A DNA stretch of 64,000 nt from Ginglymostoma cirratum (GCA_024137785.1 JAHRHZ010000078.1:15956936-16020935); one strand, 5' to 3'; numbered from the stretch's first letter, positions 13,801 to 28,249 are shown. A program made the numbers and translations. Notes: a model not told the origin generated them from the letters alone.

Positions 13801-16800
13801 TAACCAGTGCATACCGTTTTACACTTGTGCTTACATTTTTCTTAAGATTCCTCAACGGTAATGGTTTTAATGGTTGCTATTTCATTCCATTTCCCCATTT
13901 TTGTGAAACTGCTTGCCACTTTGCATTCTTCATTTGGGAGCATGGTGAGAAGCAAGACTTGTTTATGCAATAGGTTTCTCTGTCTTCACTTTTGCATAGC
14001 ACATGGTATAATTTTCAAGTACATGAGACACCCAAAGCAGGTATTTCCTCCTCCTTTCCCATAGGAAGGTTACATACGCATTCTGCCTATCAGCCTAGGC
14101 AAGAATGGACAACACCGACATGATATTCCTCGCAAAAATGCTTCAGTGGTTTCAAATCATGCTCTGAAATAAAGCAAGGCACATCGCTGTGGGAAAATAA
14201 AAAGCCCTTTCCGGCGGTGAATAGAATATGGAAATTTGAATTCTATTACAAATCATCAATTGTAGATTGTGACAGAGCCCTCCTTCAATGCAGTGACTTA
14301 AAAACACCTTGAAACTTTCAATTAAGCACATTGACTCGAGGAAACGGCCTGTCAATATTTAAAATACAACTGTTTACGTCAATAAACAGGCAATGGTTCG
14401 CTTGACCACTTTTAACATTTTTGGACCTCAGTAAATACTATTTGATTTCTAGAATCCCTAAAAGGCTTTGCAAATATGCCAGTGAGTGACCAACCTTATA
14501 GAGAGTAATTCTCATTGCATCCTCTTGAAATTTAAAGAAGCTACAGTTTACTTCGCCTCAGAATAGCAAAGTAGAAATCCAAATTCATTGCATTCATTTT
14601 CATTTGTAGATTGCAACCTAGCAACTCCCTCCTTTTTTCCAAGAAATATGAAGGAAATTCAAATAATAGTCCATGTGTGCACGGTGCTTTGTGTGAGAAT
14701 AGCAATGGATTGTATCATGGTGTGGTAGGATATGTGCATGTCAGATACACATGTTTCCCCCAACATACTTTACTCCAAAATATGTTCACTCAATTCATGG
14801 AGACCACATATTTCTCAGATGGGCAGAAAGATAAAATCTGAGCATGTTACTATTTGACATTATTTAATTAGCCCTCCTCTGTTTATAGGGTGTTACTATC
14901 CCAATTGAACCCCTTTGGAACTTCATGCCTGATATCAAAAGAGAGGGAATGTGTTTCTGTGCTTGTAAAATTTTAAGTAGTGATCATGTTGACCCATGAA
15001 ATGTGGGCTCATAATGCTGTTGCCTCTCAAGAATTCCTCTGCCTTGCTTTCAACTAGGGAAGTAATGTGAATGTGTAATTAAATGCACTTAACATAATAT
15101 CAATGTACATAACTGAAAAGCTCAGGTGTTCCTAGGTTCAACAAGACTATACAAGTTGAGTACAGCAGGATCGAGAACAGCTAATCTATCTTAATTGAAT
15201 TTATACAGTAGTTCATCACAGGATATTCATCTATTGCAGATTCTTCCCAGAACGAGCTTTGACATGCTGTATTTTTATGTAACCATGCTTTATGATGGGA
15301 GAGTTTCTTGTTTGGCAACCATGTGATTTTTCACATGTATATCACCACCTTTCAGTACAAACTATATGTAAGAAGGACAAGATCCCCTTTAATTACTTCA
15401 TTTTCATAATATGTATTTGGAACATATTAATGAAGGAAGCTTACTGTTAACAAGAATTTAGTGTAAATCGAAGTTCAATGTTTTAACTGCGCGTCAATTT
15501 TCTATTGGAGTGGAACAATGGAATAGACCTGTTTTGGCTGCCTGGCCATAAAGCAAAATTGTATTGTAATTTGTTAAGTGAGTTAATGTTTGTAATAGCA
15601 TATCTTGAAAGGAAAATGATCATGTATTTGAAAAAATACATAGTTCAGTTTTATTGGCAGAGATGAGTTGATAATATTCTTCTATATTACACCATCAGTG
15701 TTATCAATGATTTCGAGAATTTGGGTAAAAATAGGAATCTACAAGAAGATGATTTTTTTGCAGGATACTGTTTGCCAATGGTTGAATTATCAAGATGAAA
15801 TATAGAATCTTTTTCGGGGAATATTGGCATGATAAATTGTCTTTCAGGAGACTTGGTTCTTTACGCTAAGTTAATTAGACATCCCAATCAATGATGCAAG
15901 CACTTCATTTCTTTGCCAGTATCTGACTCCTTTTATAATTTAGTCCAAAGCCATGTTTATAAAACTTTGTGTCACAAATATTGTGTATGCTTCTGAATCT
16001 TTGTGCAATGGTTAATATGACAATGGTGTGCCAGAGTTCTCTTCCATCTCATAAAAACTAGGTCTAGATTACATTAGACCCATCTTTCATTGAGTAACTG
16101 ATTTAATTTTTAATGGTTTACAGCAAACTGAAATGGCTGAACATTCACTCAGTACTAACTGGGTAGTTAGGAATTCTAGTTTCTCCATTTTTTTAATGTT
16201 GCTGACATTTAAATGGCCAACAAGATGGTTTGGTGGCACAACCAAAGGGAGATCTGTAGATCAACACTTTCTGTTCAGCTGATTAAAGCTGTAATCAGGA
16301 GTCTAAGTTCAGAGAACTATGTTTTGTTGTAGTTAACCGAACCTTTGTTCACGGATCATGAAGATTGTCTTTTGATGTTTGGCTGGTTTAAGGACATCTT
16401 CAAAGCATCAGCACTACTTTTTAACATTCTGACTGGTGCATGACACTTGTTAGATAGAGGATAAGGCTACTCTACCTAACAATTGTTGATGGAACCAGGT
16501 AGGCTACTCCAGGAATAAAAGAGAATAGGGAGGTCTACGGCTTGCTTCCTGAAGCAGATCTTCTAGCTTTGTGTGCTGAAATTGAAAAGTAAATGAAACA
16601 AACAAAAGAATTGAAAACAGGACTGAAGTAACGTGAAAGAACATCTGTTTGCTGATGAAATCTCTGAATACCTATACCGTATAAATCATATTGATGGTGT
16701 CTTCCTTTTCATCTAATGGTGAATCAGACTTCGTAGTCTCTTGTTGCTTTGAAACCATTGAAATCACAACAAAACATATTATTTACGACATGCCTTTTTT

Positions 16801-19800
16801 CTAAATTTTACACAATGTTTACTTTGTGTTGATGGCAAAGTTCACTTTAATTTCTTTGCAAATGTTAAATCTAAATGGACATTGTGTTTAAAATGGATCC
16901 GATCCAAATTTTATAGTAGGATTCCTAAAAAAAGTGTACACTATTGCCGATACTCCTGTATCCATTGTAGCTCAATAACAGAATTAGTTATCAAGCTCTG
17001 TGAATGGCACATAGAATATTTCATAACATCATAATGAAAACTCCATAAAATTCCTTTATATCTTATTGATTAATCAGCCAAAAACAATGTACATTCTTTG
17101 GTTATTTATGGATATACTGAAGAAATGAATATATTTGATAACTGCAAAAGGCACATGAATATATACCTACATCCTGTTGTTGTTTGATCATGCTGTGTCC
17201 TCCTGCTTTTCCGAATTCTATCTTGATCTGATTGTTAAGCTTCACAAAAATAAAAAACGGTTAGAATGTGTAATTGATTCTTAAATTATGCCAGCTGTTT
17301 GGTGCCACAGGAAGTCAGAAGGTCCATCACATATTGCAAAACCCACACCATGTTTGGTAAAAATGCCCATTTTAGTTTTATACCACAGAAGAGCCAATGG
17401 AATCTGTCTTGGAGCTTCTGCTGCATTGAACTTGAAATTGTTCAGCACTGAGTGTAAGGTCCAAGTGGTTTTGCAATGCCTGTCTGCAATTGATTTGGGT
17501 CAATCACAAATTTGCTGCAATTCTGAAACTCTTGCACAATAATGTGGATTAAGTAACAGTTGAATAAGAAGCCATGTGAGTTATTCTAGAACTTATACAA
17601 TGATTGTTTGAGTCATTAAATTAAGTTGTATATTTTAATAAAACCTTTACTGTTTGAACAAATCTTCAGCATGAAAACGTTCCCTTACATGATTTAACGC
17701 ATCTTACATGGAATATAAACACAATAAATTTGTAGGGTGGAGATGGAGCATTAAGAGATTAGTAAATCTCTTTTAAAGTTGGACCCTAGATCTAAATTCC
17801 AATACTTTAAATAGCTGATCATGGTACTTTTGAGGAGGATCTGATGAATATTCTTGAATAGATCAACACTATTACACGATATATCAATAAATAAATAGAA
17901 TACAATTCTACTAGATATTTGATAATTTTTTCCATCAATGCTGAACAACTTTTTAATGCCTCCTAATCATTAGGAATACTGTACCAAAGACTTTGTCTTT
18001 ATTCCTGTTCACTTTGGAATGTGTTCAGAAAATTAGAGTTGTCGCATTTTTGTACACATTATTTCAAATTGAATTACTGAACTAGGTAGACCAGTCAATA
18101 AAGATTGGACCAGTCTTTTCTACAGTTCATTTAAATATTATCCAGGTAGAATATTTCTTAGTGATCTGCTCTTTGCTAAAGTTCAGCTTTCTTTAGTTAG
18201 TGCAAATTTAAGAATCATGTCCCCAATAAAATGGTCATATTTACTGGCAATCAAATGCTCTAAGAACGTAAAATCAAACTGAATGATGGAAATAAGCTCA
18301 CTGGACCCCAAATGCTGCTTTCTTACTTTGTTCCTAAGAGTATTATAATCAGTCAAGCTAAACAGCTTTTATATTAGCTACCTTGATAGTTCTTTTAATA
18401 TAAATATGTCTGTAACCTTCATGTAGGAGGTGAACTATATTCCCATCATAGTGAGGACTGGTTACAATTAAAAACAAAAAGGAAACTTTAGCAATCCCCC
18501 ACACTCTCCTGTTGACTATAGCCAGTGAAGGTTCCTCTGAGAAACATTAGAAGATTAGTGCAGTGCCCCTCTGTGTGGACAAAATTTCCAATGAAGTTGG
18601 AGGGCTGGATTATAAAATGACCACCAGCTATTAACAGCTTTTGTCTATCCTTGTTATCTTTCTCTAATATTTAAAGATTCAGCACTTAATACTCATTTTG
18701 CATTGCATCTCAAACTTTGTATTTTAGTTCTTCCAAACTTTGTGACTTAATGTCAAATGAGTCCAGGGGTTGTAGTTAATGGGCAAATTGGGTATTTTAA
18801 TTAAGACACGTCTCTTCAGGTATTCATAGAATCACTTTTAATGCCTAAAGAAATCTTCATTAAGTTATAAGACTATTCTTGAAAGATACTCATATGAATG
18901 ATTCCCTAAATAGAATTCTTGAGGCTAACAAATGCAATACAAATTGTCTGATAGCCTAATCATAATTACTACATGAAAATATTTCCGTGGTTTCTCTCAA
19001 TATACTTAATAATACGAATTGTCTTGAAGTAAATTTATAAATTTTGGGAAGCAAAATGTGCAGTCTACCATTCTTAATTCAAGATTGATTAAATTCACAC
19101 TCTGGTTAGTATGTTTTATTGGGTGCTATGTTCCCCTCTTGTTTACATTACTCACTTCAAATGATAGTTACAAATAGTTGTCAACTTAATAGGGGTGATG
19201 AATTTACTTTTAATAGAATCAGACTAAATAACTGAATCACGAGCACTTGACAATATGTTTAAGTCCAGCTTCAAGAAATTTATACATTCCCCAAAATTTC
19301 ATTCCAATTGCCTTTCCCATTAATAAAAATTCTGATCCAAATACAGCATCAGAACTTTATAGTAAAAGGGTATGTGTGCCCTTATTGCCTCTCACTAGTT
19401 GGCCTGAGAAGATTGTGGTGTGCTTTCTTCTTAAACTGCTGCAGTCCTTGTATTGATGGTGCTCCCTGAAGGTTTTAAGCAAGGAATTCTAGGATTTTGA
19501 TCCAGAAGTAATGAACAAGTGGGTGGTCTGACCCTGAATTTCTACACAGTTTTCTGCTGTAGTTCTGGTTAAAGATCAGAGAAAAGTTTAGTTCAAAATT
19601 CCATTTGTACCATTTCTCATGAGGTTTCAATAATTTACCACCAGAAAACTCCTGGGAAAATTCCAAGCATGTATATTTGAGGCAAGTGTGACTGGGCAAG
19701 GAACCTGGAGTTGATAGCTTTTTCCTTCTTAGTAGTCATGAACTGCGGAAAGTAGCATATTTAAAATGTTCTCATGTCTTAGGATTTGATTGGTATAATT

Positions 19801-20984
19801 GTTCATAGATCAGTTGACTAACACACCAGTCATGTTGCCTGTCTAAGTTAATGTTGTAACTGAAGTGACTGTCTAGTTTATTGCTCCAAGTGAGACAGAT
19901 GTTCATGTATCATGGCTATGTAAGATAATGTGAGTCATCTTCACGGTCACTTGTATATGTTCTCACAGTGAATTCTAATACTTTCAGCAGTGACACATAC
20001 AACATGAGTAAACATGCCCTCTTGGCCTGTGCAGCATAATATTTCCATAAGTCGGGTTTTATTTATTTTAACAAAAAATGTTTGTTTATTATATGGTTGT
20101 CTGAAGAAAATAATTATCAAAACTTACTGTAAACAGAATCAAACCATCTTATTGGTTTGGCAATATGTATGAAATCCAAGTGGAGACCATCTTCTTCTAT
20201 CAGTATATTCTAACAATCATTGGTGTATTGCAGAAATTTACTTAAAAGTTTAAAAGTTATTTAAAATGGTATAAGGTTCATGTTCAAACACTCAAGTTTC
20301 TGTTTTGAGCAGATCAGAAACCTACAGCAATCTGAACATGCGCAAGTTTTAGGGAGCATATTTTAAATACCTATAGTTTATTTTGAACTACTGCAATGAC
20401 TGTTGATTAGAATAATATGTTATTCCTAATGTGGAATGTCGCAACAGTGTTCTGATTTTAAAGTGTTTTATATCTTTGAATAACATGGGACTGTTTCAAA
20501 AAACAAGGATATTCTGACAATTCAGGAAACATCAAGAGAATTGCAAATAGTTTCTCACTACATGTAGCGAATATCATGGGGGGCATTTTGGATTGGGCAC
20601 TTTGAATGCTTTACATTTGTTTAAACAGTCTGGATAATTCAATGTGCAAGTCCATTGAAGTTGTAATGCAAGTCTATCAAGTCATCATCCTTCCCCCTCC
20701 CCAGGCAATTTAGCCCAGAATTATTCTTGCTTGAGCTTAATATTTGGCTGTTTCTATTAACACTGGTTTGTTTCCATTGAGGAACCAGCAAATGCAGTTT
20801 TTGAGACTCAAAAAAATCAACTGTCAAGCCACAAAGCCGAAGGAGGCTGTCTCTTCAGAATATTGGCAGCACTACATATATTCTACATAATTACATTTGC
20901 CACACTTTTTTCTAACTTTTTTTTAATGTCCGAAATTATTCCTCAAATGGTTCTCTTCATCCAAGTATATTTCTTTTCTCTTAG

Positions 20985-21603
20985 GGATCTGATGCCTAAA
21001 ACACTGGATGGACAAATCACCATGGAGAAAACACCAAGTTACTTTGTTACCAAGGAAGTTGCTGCCCGAATCTATGCAATGTCCAAAGATGCCAAGCTAA
21101 TAGTGGTGGTTCGGGATCCTGTCACGCGGGCTATTTCTGACTATACGCAAACTCTCTCAAAGAAACCAGATATCCCCAGTTTTGAGAGCCTGACTTTCAA
21201 AAACAGGACTACAGGCCTGATTGACACCTCGTGGAGTGCTATTCAGATTGGCATCTATGCCAAGCACTTGGAGAATTGGCTACAATACTTCCCAATGCAT
21301 CAGATTCTGTTTGTGAGTGGAGAGAGGCTGATCAGTGACCCAGCAGGTGAACTAGGCAAAGTACAAGATTTTCTGGGTCTGAAGAGAATCATCACAGACA
21401 AACATTTCTATTTCAACAAGACCAAGGGCTTCCCCTGCTTAAAGAAGCCAGAGGGCAGCAGCAAGCCCCACTGCCTGGGCAAAACAAAAGGCAGAACCCA
21501 TCCCAACATTGACCCAGAGGTGGTTCAGAGGCTGAGGGACTTTTACCGGCCTTTCAACATGAAGTTTTACCAAATGACAGGACAGAACTTCGGCTGGGAC
21601 TAA
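20985..21603 (+). CDS. HS3ST3B1: Final coding exon of heparan sulfate glucosamine 3-O-sulfotransferase 3 (HS3ST3B1-like)
   Basis: Translation [24 protein letters not shown]...[22 protein letters not shown]...[11 protein letters not shown]...[10 protein letters not shown] matches HS3ST3 exon 2 as I recall it (3'-PAPS-binding [11 protein letters not shown]; KGRTH). Polypyrimidine tract plus AG acceptor (ttcttttctcttag, 20971-20984), phase-2 junction. The GWD* end favours 3B1 over 3A1, but the two have near-identical catalytic exons, so the paralog call is less certain than the family call. Confidence 0.93.
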
Positions 21604-24600
21604 GGTCAATTTAACCTCATGTAATTACGATAAAGACATGTGAATTTATTGCTATATATATATGTAACTTGTACAGAAATCTATTTTATAATAATTTATT
21701 TTTAATTCTTAAGCAATTAATTCACTAAGCTGCCTAACCACACTGTACATAGATCAGCCCATATCTTCTAACATTCCAGTTTTTAATTGCATTGTTCATT
21801 GATGGTGCTGTCATTCATCGATTTTTAAGATTTAATATCCAAAAGCACAACTTTTTGTTACGGGTATTCAGTGTTCATAGGGTCTAACAATTGAGCATTT
21901 GACTCCTTGCCTGTCTACATTGGCTTCATGCAGAAAGTTCTTGTTGTGAGTCTGCCAAAAAAGCAAAATGTGATCATATGGTACAAGTCAGCGCCGAGGC
22001 TGCACATAACTGTTGAACATAAAATCTTGTTTGCTATATCTTGCTTAAAATCATTGGTTATAATAAATATATTCAAGTCCTCTAATGAATAGCAAATTAC
22101 CAGTATCTTGCTGCATGAGGCCTTGTTTTGTCTTCTCTAGTTAATCATAAAGCCCACGTTCTGTTCAGTTCACAGCATGACACTATAGATTATCTCAGCA
22201 CTCTGCGGAGTTTGTGCAAATTGAGATTCCCATACTGATTCCAAATATGCCTGAACTGCTGTCTCTTCCTCCTCATCAATTTATGACTAAAATTGGAAAG
22301 ACATTCCCCCCTACCATTGTACTTAGGCATTTATATTGTTCATTTTGATAACTGGATTCTGACCTCTGGATTGAAAATTTTCCTCCTCTCTTTAACCCTA
22401 ATACCCATAACCCCATGACAAAAAAATGGTTACAATCATTTGATGATGACCAGCAGTGAGACTGCCATAATGGCTTTGTATGAGTACTGTAAAAATTGAG
22501 TTGTCCAGTACTTTCAGAAGCCATCTCCAATCCTGCAGGCATTTTCATCTCCGTGGTGTTGTCATTACATTGTTAACTTCAAGACTCTACTTGTTTTTAC
22601 AAAAATGTTAATTGAATTCTGAAAATGTAACATGGTCATGAAATAACAGGGAGAAGTGATGCCCTCAATTCAAAATACAACATGTCATGTTGCTTCCTGA
22701 ACCAGTTAGTTCAAATCTAAATATTGATTTGCGCCAGAGAAAGGATCGTGCAAGTAGTATCGCAAAGCAGCACAAAATACTTTGGCAACTGGCAATAGGA
22801 AAGTTATTTTCAGGATTGAACCTCAACTCAAATTGTGTCCGCGCATTTTGTAAGTAGTAAAACAGCCTTTACAAAAGCATGACTTATTGTGTGTTTCTGT
22901 GGGAATTGACTATCTTCAAACCTTCACTGGAACTTAGTGTCTTTTTGGGCCTTGAGCAAGAAATCAAAACCACAACAACCATGATGATGAGATCTGCATT
23001 GATGTTATTCAAACCCATTTCTGTGTTGTGCTATGAACAATATGCTGCCTTTTTTTTTGAGAAAGGCGAGCTTCAATCAACATGTTTGTTATTTAGCCTA
23101 CAACCACATTGATCTATTAAAGTTAGTTAGAATTTTTGTTAATGAACAAAGCACAATTTTTCACATCTTTTTATTTTGATTTTTGTTAAGGTTCTCATTT
23201 TGCATGGTATCCTGTTTTAACCCATAGATTCAGGTCTTCGTCTTTTGAAAGTAAAGTTATTTTTGCTTTTAAAAACAGAAAATCTCATCCAAGATGCCAC
23301 CTTTCAGTAATTACAATTGTTCCTGTACAAAATGGAAGCTATCTGTAACATGCTATGATGTCTAATGCACTGAGGCAGCAGCAAAGTGCTGTATAGCAGT
23401 TTTGCCATTAAAATGAATCACATATCTGTTCAATTCTGCCTAAAGTGTAATATCACAGCATATCCAATCCATTGTCTTCCGAAGGCTAAATTTATACCTT
23501 GAAATGGTGGTTAGCTATTGTAATAGTTAATGAGGTTGAGTTTTATTCAGCCTGCATTCAAAAGTATGGATATTAGCAAATTTCTTCTGATAATATTGTA
23601 CTTTAGAATAGTTAATGTGTAAAGAAAAAGTAAATCAAGTATTTTGTGGTATGTACAACAGAAATTAATTTTACACAGATAAAATGTTTCTTTCTAGGAT
23701 ATTGAACAAAAGCATACTGTTTCTTATTGTGAAGAAACAAATAAAATATATTTTACCAAACTGATGTACTTTCTTTTTTCTCAGTAAGAAAATAATTGTT
23801 CATAGCCTTAATACTTAAGTGGTTCTATCTTTCGGACACAAGGAATGTCAAATTTTTTGACAATTAGAATTATGGTTCTGACATTTAGATGTGTGCTGTC
23901 TCCATTTCAAAGAAGAAAATCCTGAACGAATCTGGCTAAAAAATAACACAGTTTATTTTAAAATTAAACTGATATTTGTTCAGTATTTCACGGTCAACAT
24001 CATTATTTCAAAACCACTACAACGGGAACTGAATTAATCTGTAGCTTTACCAATCATCAACAGTTTCCCTTCTGAAGAAATTCATAAGTTTTTAAATAAG
24101 TTGTGATGAAAACTCAAAAGTGTTGCTTTTTTTATATGATCATGTTACTTAATGGAGATTACAAGTGGGACTGCTTGTGAAGTTTATCATGTTCGAAAAA
24201 GGAAAGACACGCAAAATGAATCATTAATGCTGCATTAATTAGCTGGGCATCTCAACCTTCTGAGAAAGATTGGATCATATTTGACACCTCCCATTTGATA
24301 TTAATGGAATGGGATGCTTAACAGCCAGCTCACCTAATCTGTTAGTCTACGGATATAGCTGAATTGATTTCTAGAACAGAATAAAGGAAATGAGGAGAAA
24401 GGAGATGGTAAAATTGGCTTCTTTTAAAAAAAAAGGTGTTTTTAGCCTGTTGTTAAATATTTTGCTGTTATGGACTGAGGAACACTATAGGAAGTTAATA
24501 TTTTATCAAACCATCGACTCAAATACATACCTGTTTTAATTATGTAAAATGTTTTTTGCTCACCTAGAGTTATTGTTTATTCAGAGTTGAGAGATGTCTA

Positions 24601-25400
24601 GCCTAAAAATGGATGTTTTTGAGCAAGCTAGAACAAACTGGTAGCTGTTTATTTTTCTATGATGAATGATCACAAACAACTTTATTTGATACAGAGTTTT
24701 AATAAGTGCTTTAACAGATAAATAATTGTGGAAGATTATGTTTAACAGCATTTCATGCTTTATTCCTTTTTGTGCTATGTGTGTGTAGGTTTGAGGAATT
24801 ACGGAGATAAACTGTTTGCATCTCAATGAATGTTTACACAAGTATTAATTCAGATCCCTTGCTTTGTCAGGATCAGTGACCCCTCTAAGCCTAATGATGT
24901 TATCTACACATTGATTGAAACAGGATAATATGTGAAGTTTGGTCCAATTATATATTAAGTGCTTAAGATAGTGAGGCTCCCTCTGGAGATTTCTTACTTT
25001 GTGTTTATTTTGCAATGTTCAGTGTTCATTAACACACTCAGAGACAAGTTAGTCCTTTTTCTAGTATGCAGTTCTTTCAAATATGCTATCAATTGCTTGT
25101 AATAAGTATTGCAAGGGTCTTCCTGTTTGAGGTAATCAGGGATTGTTCACTGTCATTTGTATGAATGTCTACATATATCTATTTGCAATGCATCTTTAAT
25201 GTGGAAAATTACAGATTAGGAATATACATCCTCTTAAATATTAAAATAACTTTCAGTTGTCAATGTGTAAAGTCTGTGTATTTTATAAACATTGTTAATT
25301 CTTAATGTTGAAATGTTATTGAAGTAAAGTTGGAGAACTGTATTGAACCAAAGATTCTTTTCTTAATTCCTGCTATTTTTGAATAAAACAAAAACGGTTA
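21604..25400 (+). other. Probable long 3' UTR of HS3ST3B1-like gene
   Basis: AT-rich, TE-free sequence after the stop codon. AATAAA at 23740-23745 (followed by a U-rich tract) and at 25382-25387 (ATTAAA just after). The true end is not determinable from sequence alone. Confidence 0.55.
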
Positions 25401-26499
25401 TTAAAATCAGCTTTATTTTGTACTTGATGCAGAAATATTCCCTTTAAAGGGTTAAGATTAGAAAAAAAAATCTAATTTCTATCAAAACCTGCTGACTCAC
25501 AGCCAAAGGACAAAATAGGAGTGGTTTTGGAGGTAAGCATGTTTACACTGGTAAGAGTCTGGAAGTTAGATAAATAATTAACAGGTTAGTATTTACTGTA
25601 AGGGTGTGACTATAACTATTCATTTGATGGAATTTCCTAACTGTTGTTTGTACGTTGACATTTCTTCAGGATTTTAACATTTTTGAAGGTGAGGAGAAAA
25701 TTAGGTGGTAGAGTTGGTTGACATATTTTGTGGTTTCTGGGAATTTGAGTCTGAATTCTGCCTCAAGTATTGGGATGAATTTACCTCCCTGGCTCTAAAC
25801 ACTGCAGCATGAACTTAATTCCCAGTTGCCATACAAACACAGCAATTAATATGTACAATATGAAGTAAACTTGTATTGTTTTGGGGCAGTGTACAGACAC
25901 TTTAACCCAATTGTTTTCAACTGCGTTCTACAGATTCCTAAGCTGGGAATGGCAGGATGCAAGGACAGACGGCTCTGTTGTCAGAAGCAGGCACATATCT
26001 CATTGAAGCCTAAGTACTTGACTGTTTTCTTAAGCATTATTAAAACACTTCTTACATGTAGAACACTCTTACAGTAACAACATTATATGCCAACATAATT
26101 TAGATGGGGGCCTATAATTACTGAGTAATTTGAGAAAGGGTCCATTGAGCAAAGAAATTTGAGGACCAGTACCTAACCAATATTATAACTAATTGGGCAG
26201 AGCACAGTGTAAACAAATGTTCATGTTAGGAAATTTTTCCAATTCTCAACATTGGTCTCTTTAGTGGATCCAGGACAAAAAAATAGTTATAAAACCACCT
26301 GTCATATGATTCCAAATACACAACAGTAGAATCATGATTTTAAGTTATAGATAATATAGCAGACTACTTTGCCAGTGTAGGGCTACATCTTGATCACGAA
26401 TTTCATTAACATTATGTGAGTGAAATAAAACATCATTATTTTTCCCACTTTGCTCCATGCAATGTATTTTCTTCCAAGAAGAAGAGTCATATTGGACCC

Positions 26500-26595
26500 T
26501 TCTCCACAAACCTCCCAGATGCAGTGAGTTTCTTCAACATTTCCTATGTTTGTTTTAGATTTCTGGCATTTGCATTATTTTGCTTTTATTTTCTT
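26500..26595 (+). mobile_element. Degraded Penelope-like 3' tail
   Basis: ctccacaaacc..gagtttcttcaacatttcc..tttagatttctggcatttgca resembles the tails at 48400-48475 and 62450-62525. Confidence 0.45.
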
Positions 26596-26814
26596 ATAAA
26601 TTTTGATTTATTAGCTATATCCTTTATGGTGTCAGGATTTTATACAAGATTTATCCTGTGACAATGATGGTGGATATATTAAATCTTTGGTGAAGCTTGA
26701 GACAAGTTTAACATACAGGCAAGGTTCAGTTCATGATTCACTAATGGTTCAAACTAGAATTTGAGATCATATATTACTTTTTTCAGACAGTCTACTAAAA
26801 GCTCACAGATATAG

Positions 26815-27092
26815 AGTGAGAGGAAGTAGGTTCAAAACTGACATGAGGAGAAGCTACTTCTTTCCGAGGGCTGTAAATCTGTCAAACTCACTGCCCCAGA
26901 GTGCAGTGGAGGCAAAATCAATCAACAGATTCAAGAAAGAAATAGATATGTTCCTAATGAAGAGCGGGATAAAGGGCTATGGGGAGCAGGCAGGAAAGTG
27001 GAGTTGAGACCAGGATAAGATCATGATTATGTTAAATAGCGGAGCAGATTCAAAGGGCCGAATCGCCTACTCGTACTCCTAATTCCTATGTT
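26815..27092 (+). mobile_element. CR1 LINE 3' end
   Basis: ORF RGSRFKTDMRRSYFFPRAVNLSNSLPQSAVEAKSINRFKKEIDMFL..GIKGYGEQAGKWS is the CR1 ORF2 C-terminus, followed by a typical 3' tail ending cctatgtt. Confidence 0.85.
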
Positions 27093-27504
27093 GTTATTAG
27101 GTTTTTTTACTGTTTAATAACTTCATCCTTAAAGACAATTCTTAAATTAATGCTGTATTGCTTTGGAAGACTGAAGTAAAATTGTATGAAGGCATATTCA
27201 TATTGAAGACTTAATACTCAAGATCAAAAAGGAAAAGATTGGAAAGCTACCGCTAGTCACATGATGCCTGTTACCTCAAACACCATCCATAGCATGTGTT
27301 GCTTGCCATTCATCTGCATTGTGTCCACTTGCAAAAAAAATGACAAGACAAATGAAAAAAGAAGTTCACCATAAATGAATGCAAGTTTAGAATGCAGAAT
27401 AATGACCGAAACAAAGGCATAGAGCAGGAAAATAAAGAAACAGAATGTGGGTTGAAAGTACATTTGCATCCCCCCCCCCTCATATTTGTAATCTCAATCA
27501 CTCA

Positions 27505-27625
27505 AGACAGATAGAAATAGCAATCTGTAACAAACTCAGAATACTGGAGAAAGGTTATAGGTCTGGCAACATCTGTGGAGAGAGAAAGAGTGAACATTTT
27601 GAGGCTGGTATGACTTTATTTCAAT
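27505..27625 (-). mobile_element. Degraded Penelope-like 3' tail
   Basis: Reverse-complement similarity to the tail at 62423-62525 (atactggaga..ggtctggcaacatctgtggagagagaaag). Confidence 0.5.
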
Positions 27626-28249
27626 CTGTTATGTTTCAAAATGTGAAAATGTATTTCCAAACAGTGAATAGCCCTAGGAATACCCAAATCTACTATTGAA
27701 TGTACTAAGATTGGCAGTAACCCAGGAGTTACGAGTATTTGGCAATCTCCAGATACTTTTCGCAGTAATTAGTTATAAATCAGCTTCTGAATACACATAC
27801 TTGGACAATTATGTTAACATGAGTATTGTGGCTGCTCAGACACTGACCAGTTGAGTTTCCTGAATTTCTTTGTCTCAGAATCATTGCAGGATTACTTGTG
27901 CCTTGGATGGTCTTTTTCATGTGTGGAGTTGACTCACTCTGGGGTGTATGTTACCAGCTGTTTAGTGGTCTGGATTATTTTCTTCCTAGAAATGTTTTGA
28001 GTTTGAAAAGTAAATAGTCCCACTTAACCCTCTTTCCCATTATTGAAAGTAGAATTTGATACAAAGTAAATTTGAAAATCAGTCCTGAATAACACTGTAG
28101 CCTTGATCAAAAATAGCCACACTATGGTCAGCAGTGAAAGGATAATATAATGTCTCCCGATTCTCATTTGTTAGAAATAATTAGACTTAAGAATTGGAAA
28201 GGTTGGAGATCTTTGTGTTTGTCAGTGTTTTGCCATGCTCCCTCATAAC

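Noticed and set aside
20863-20984. N-terminal extension of the 246-aa ORF ([12 protein letters not shown]..)
   Set aside because: Intron read-through: TTG start, no HS3ST similarity, and it ends in a polypyrimidine tract plus AG at the conserved exon boundary.
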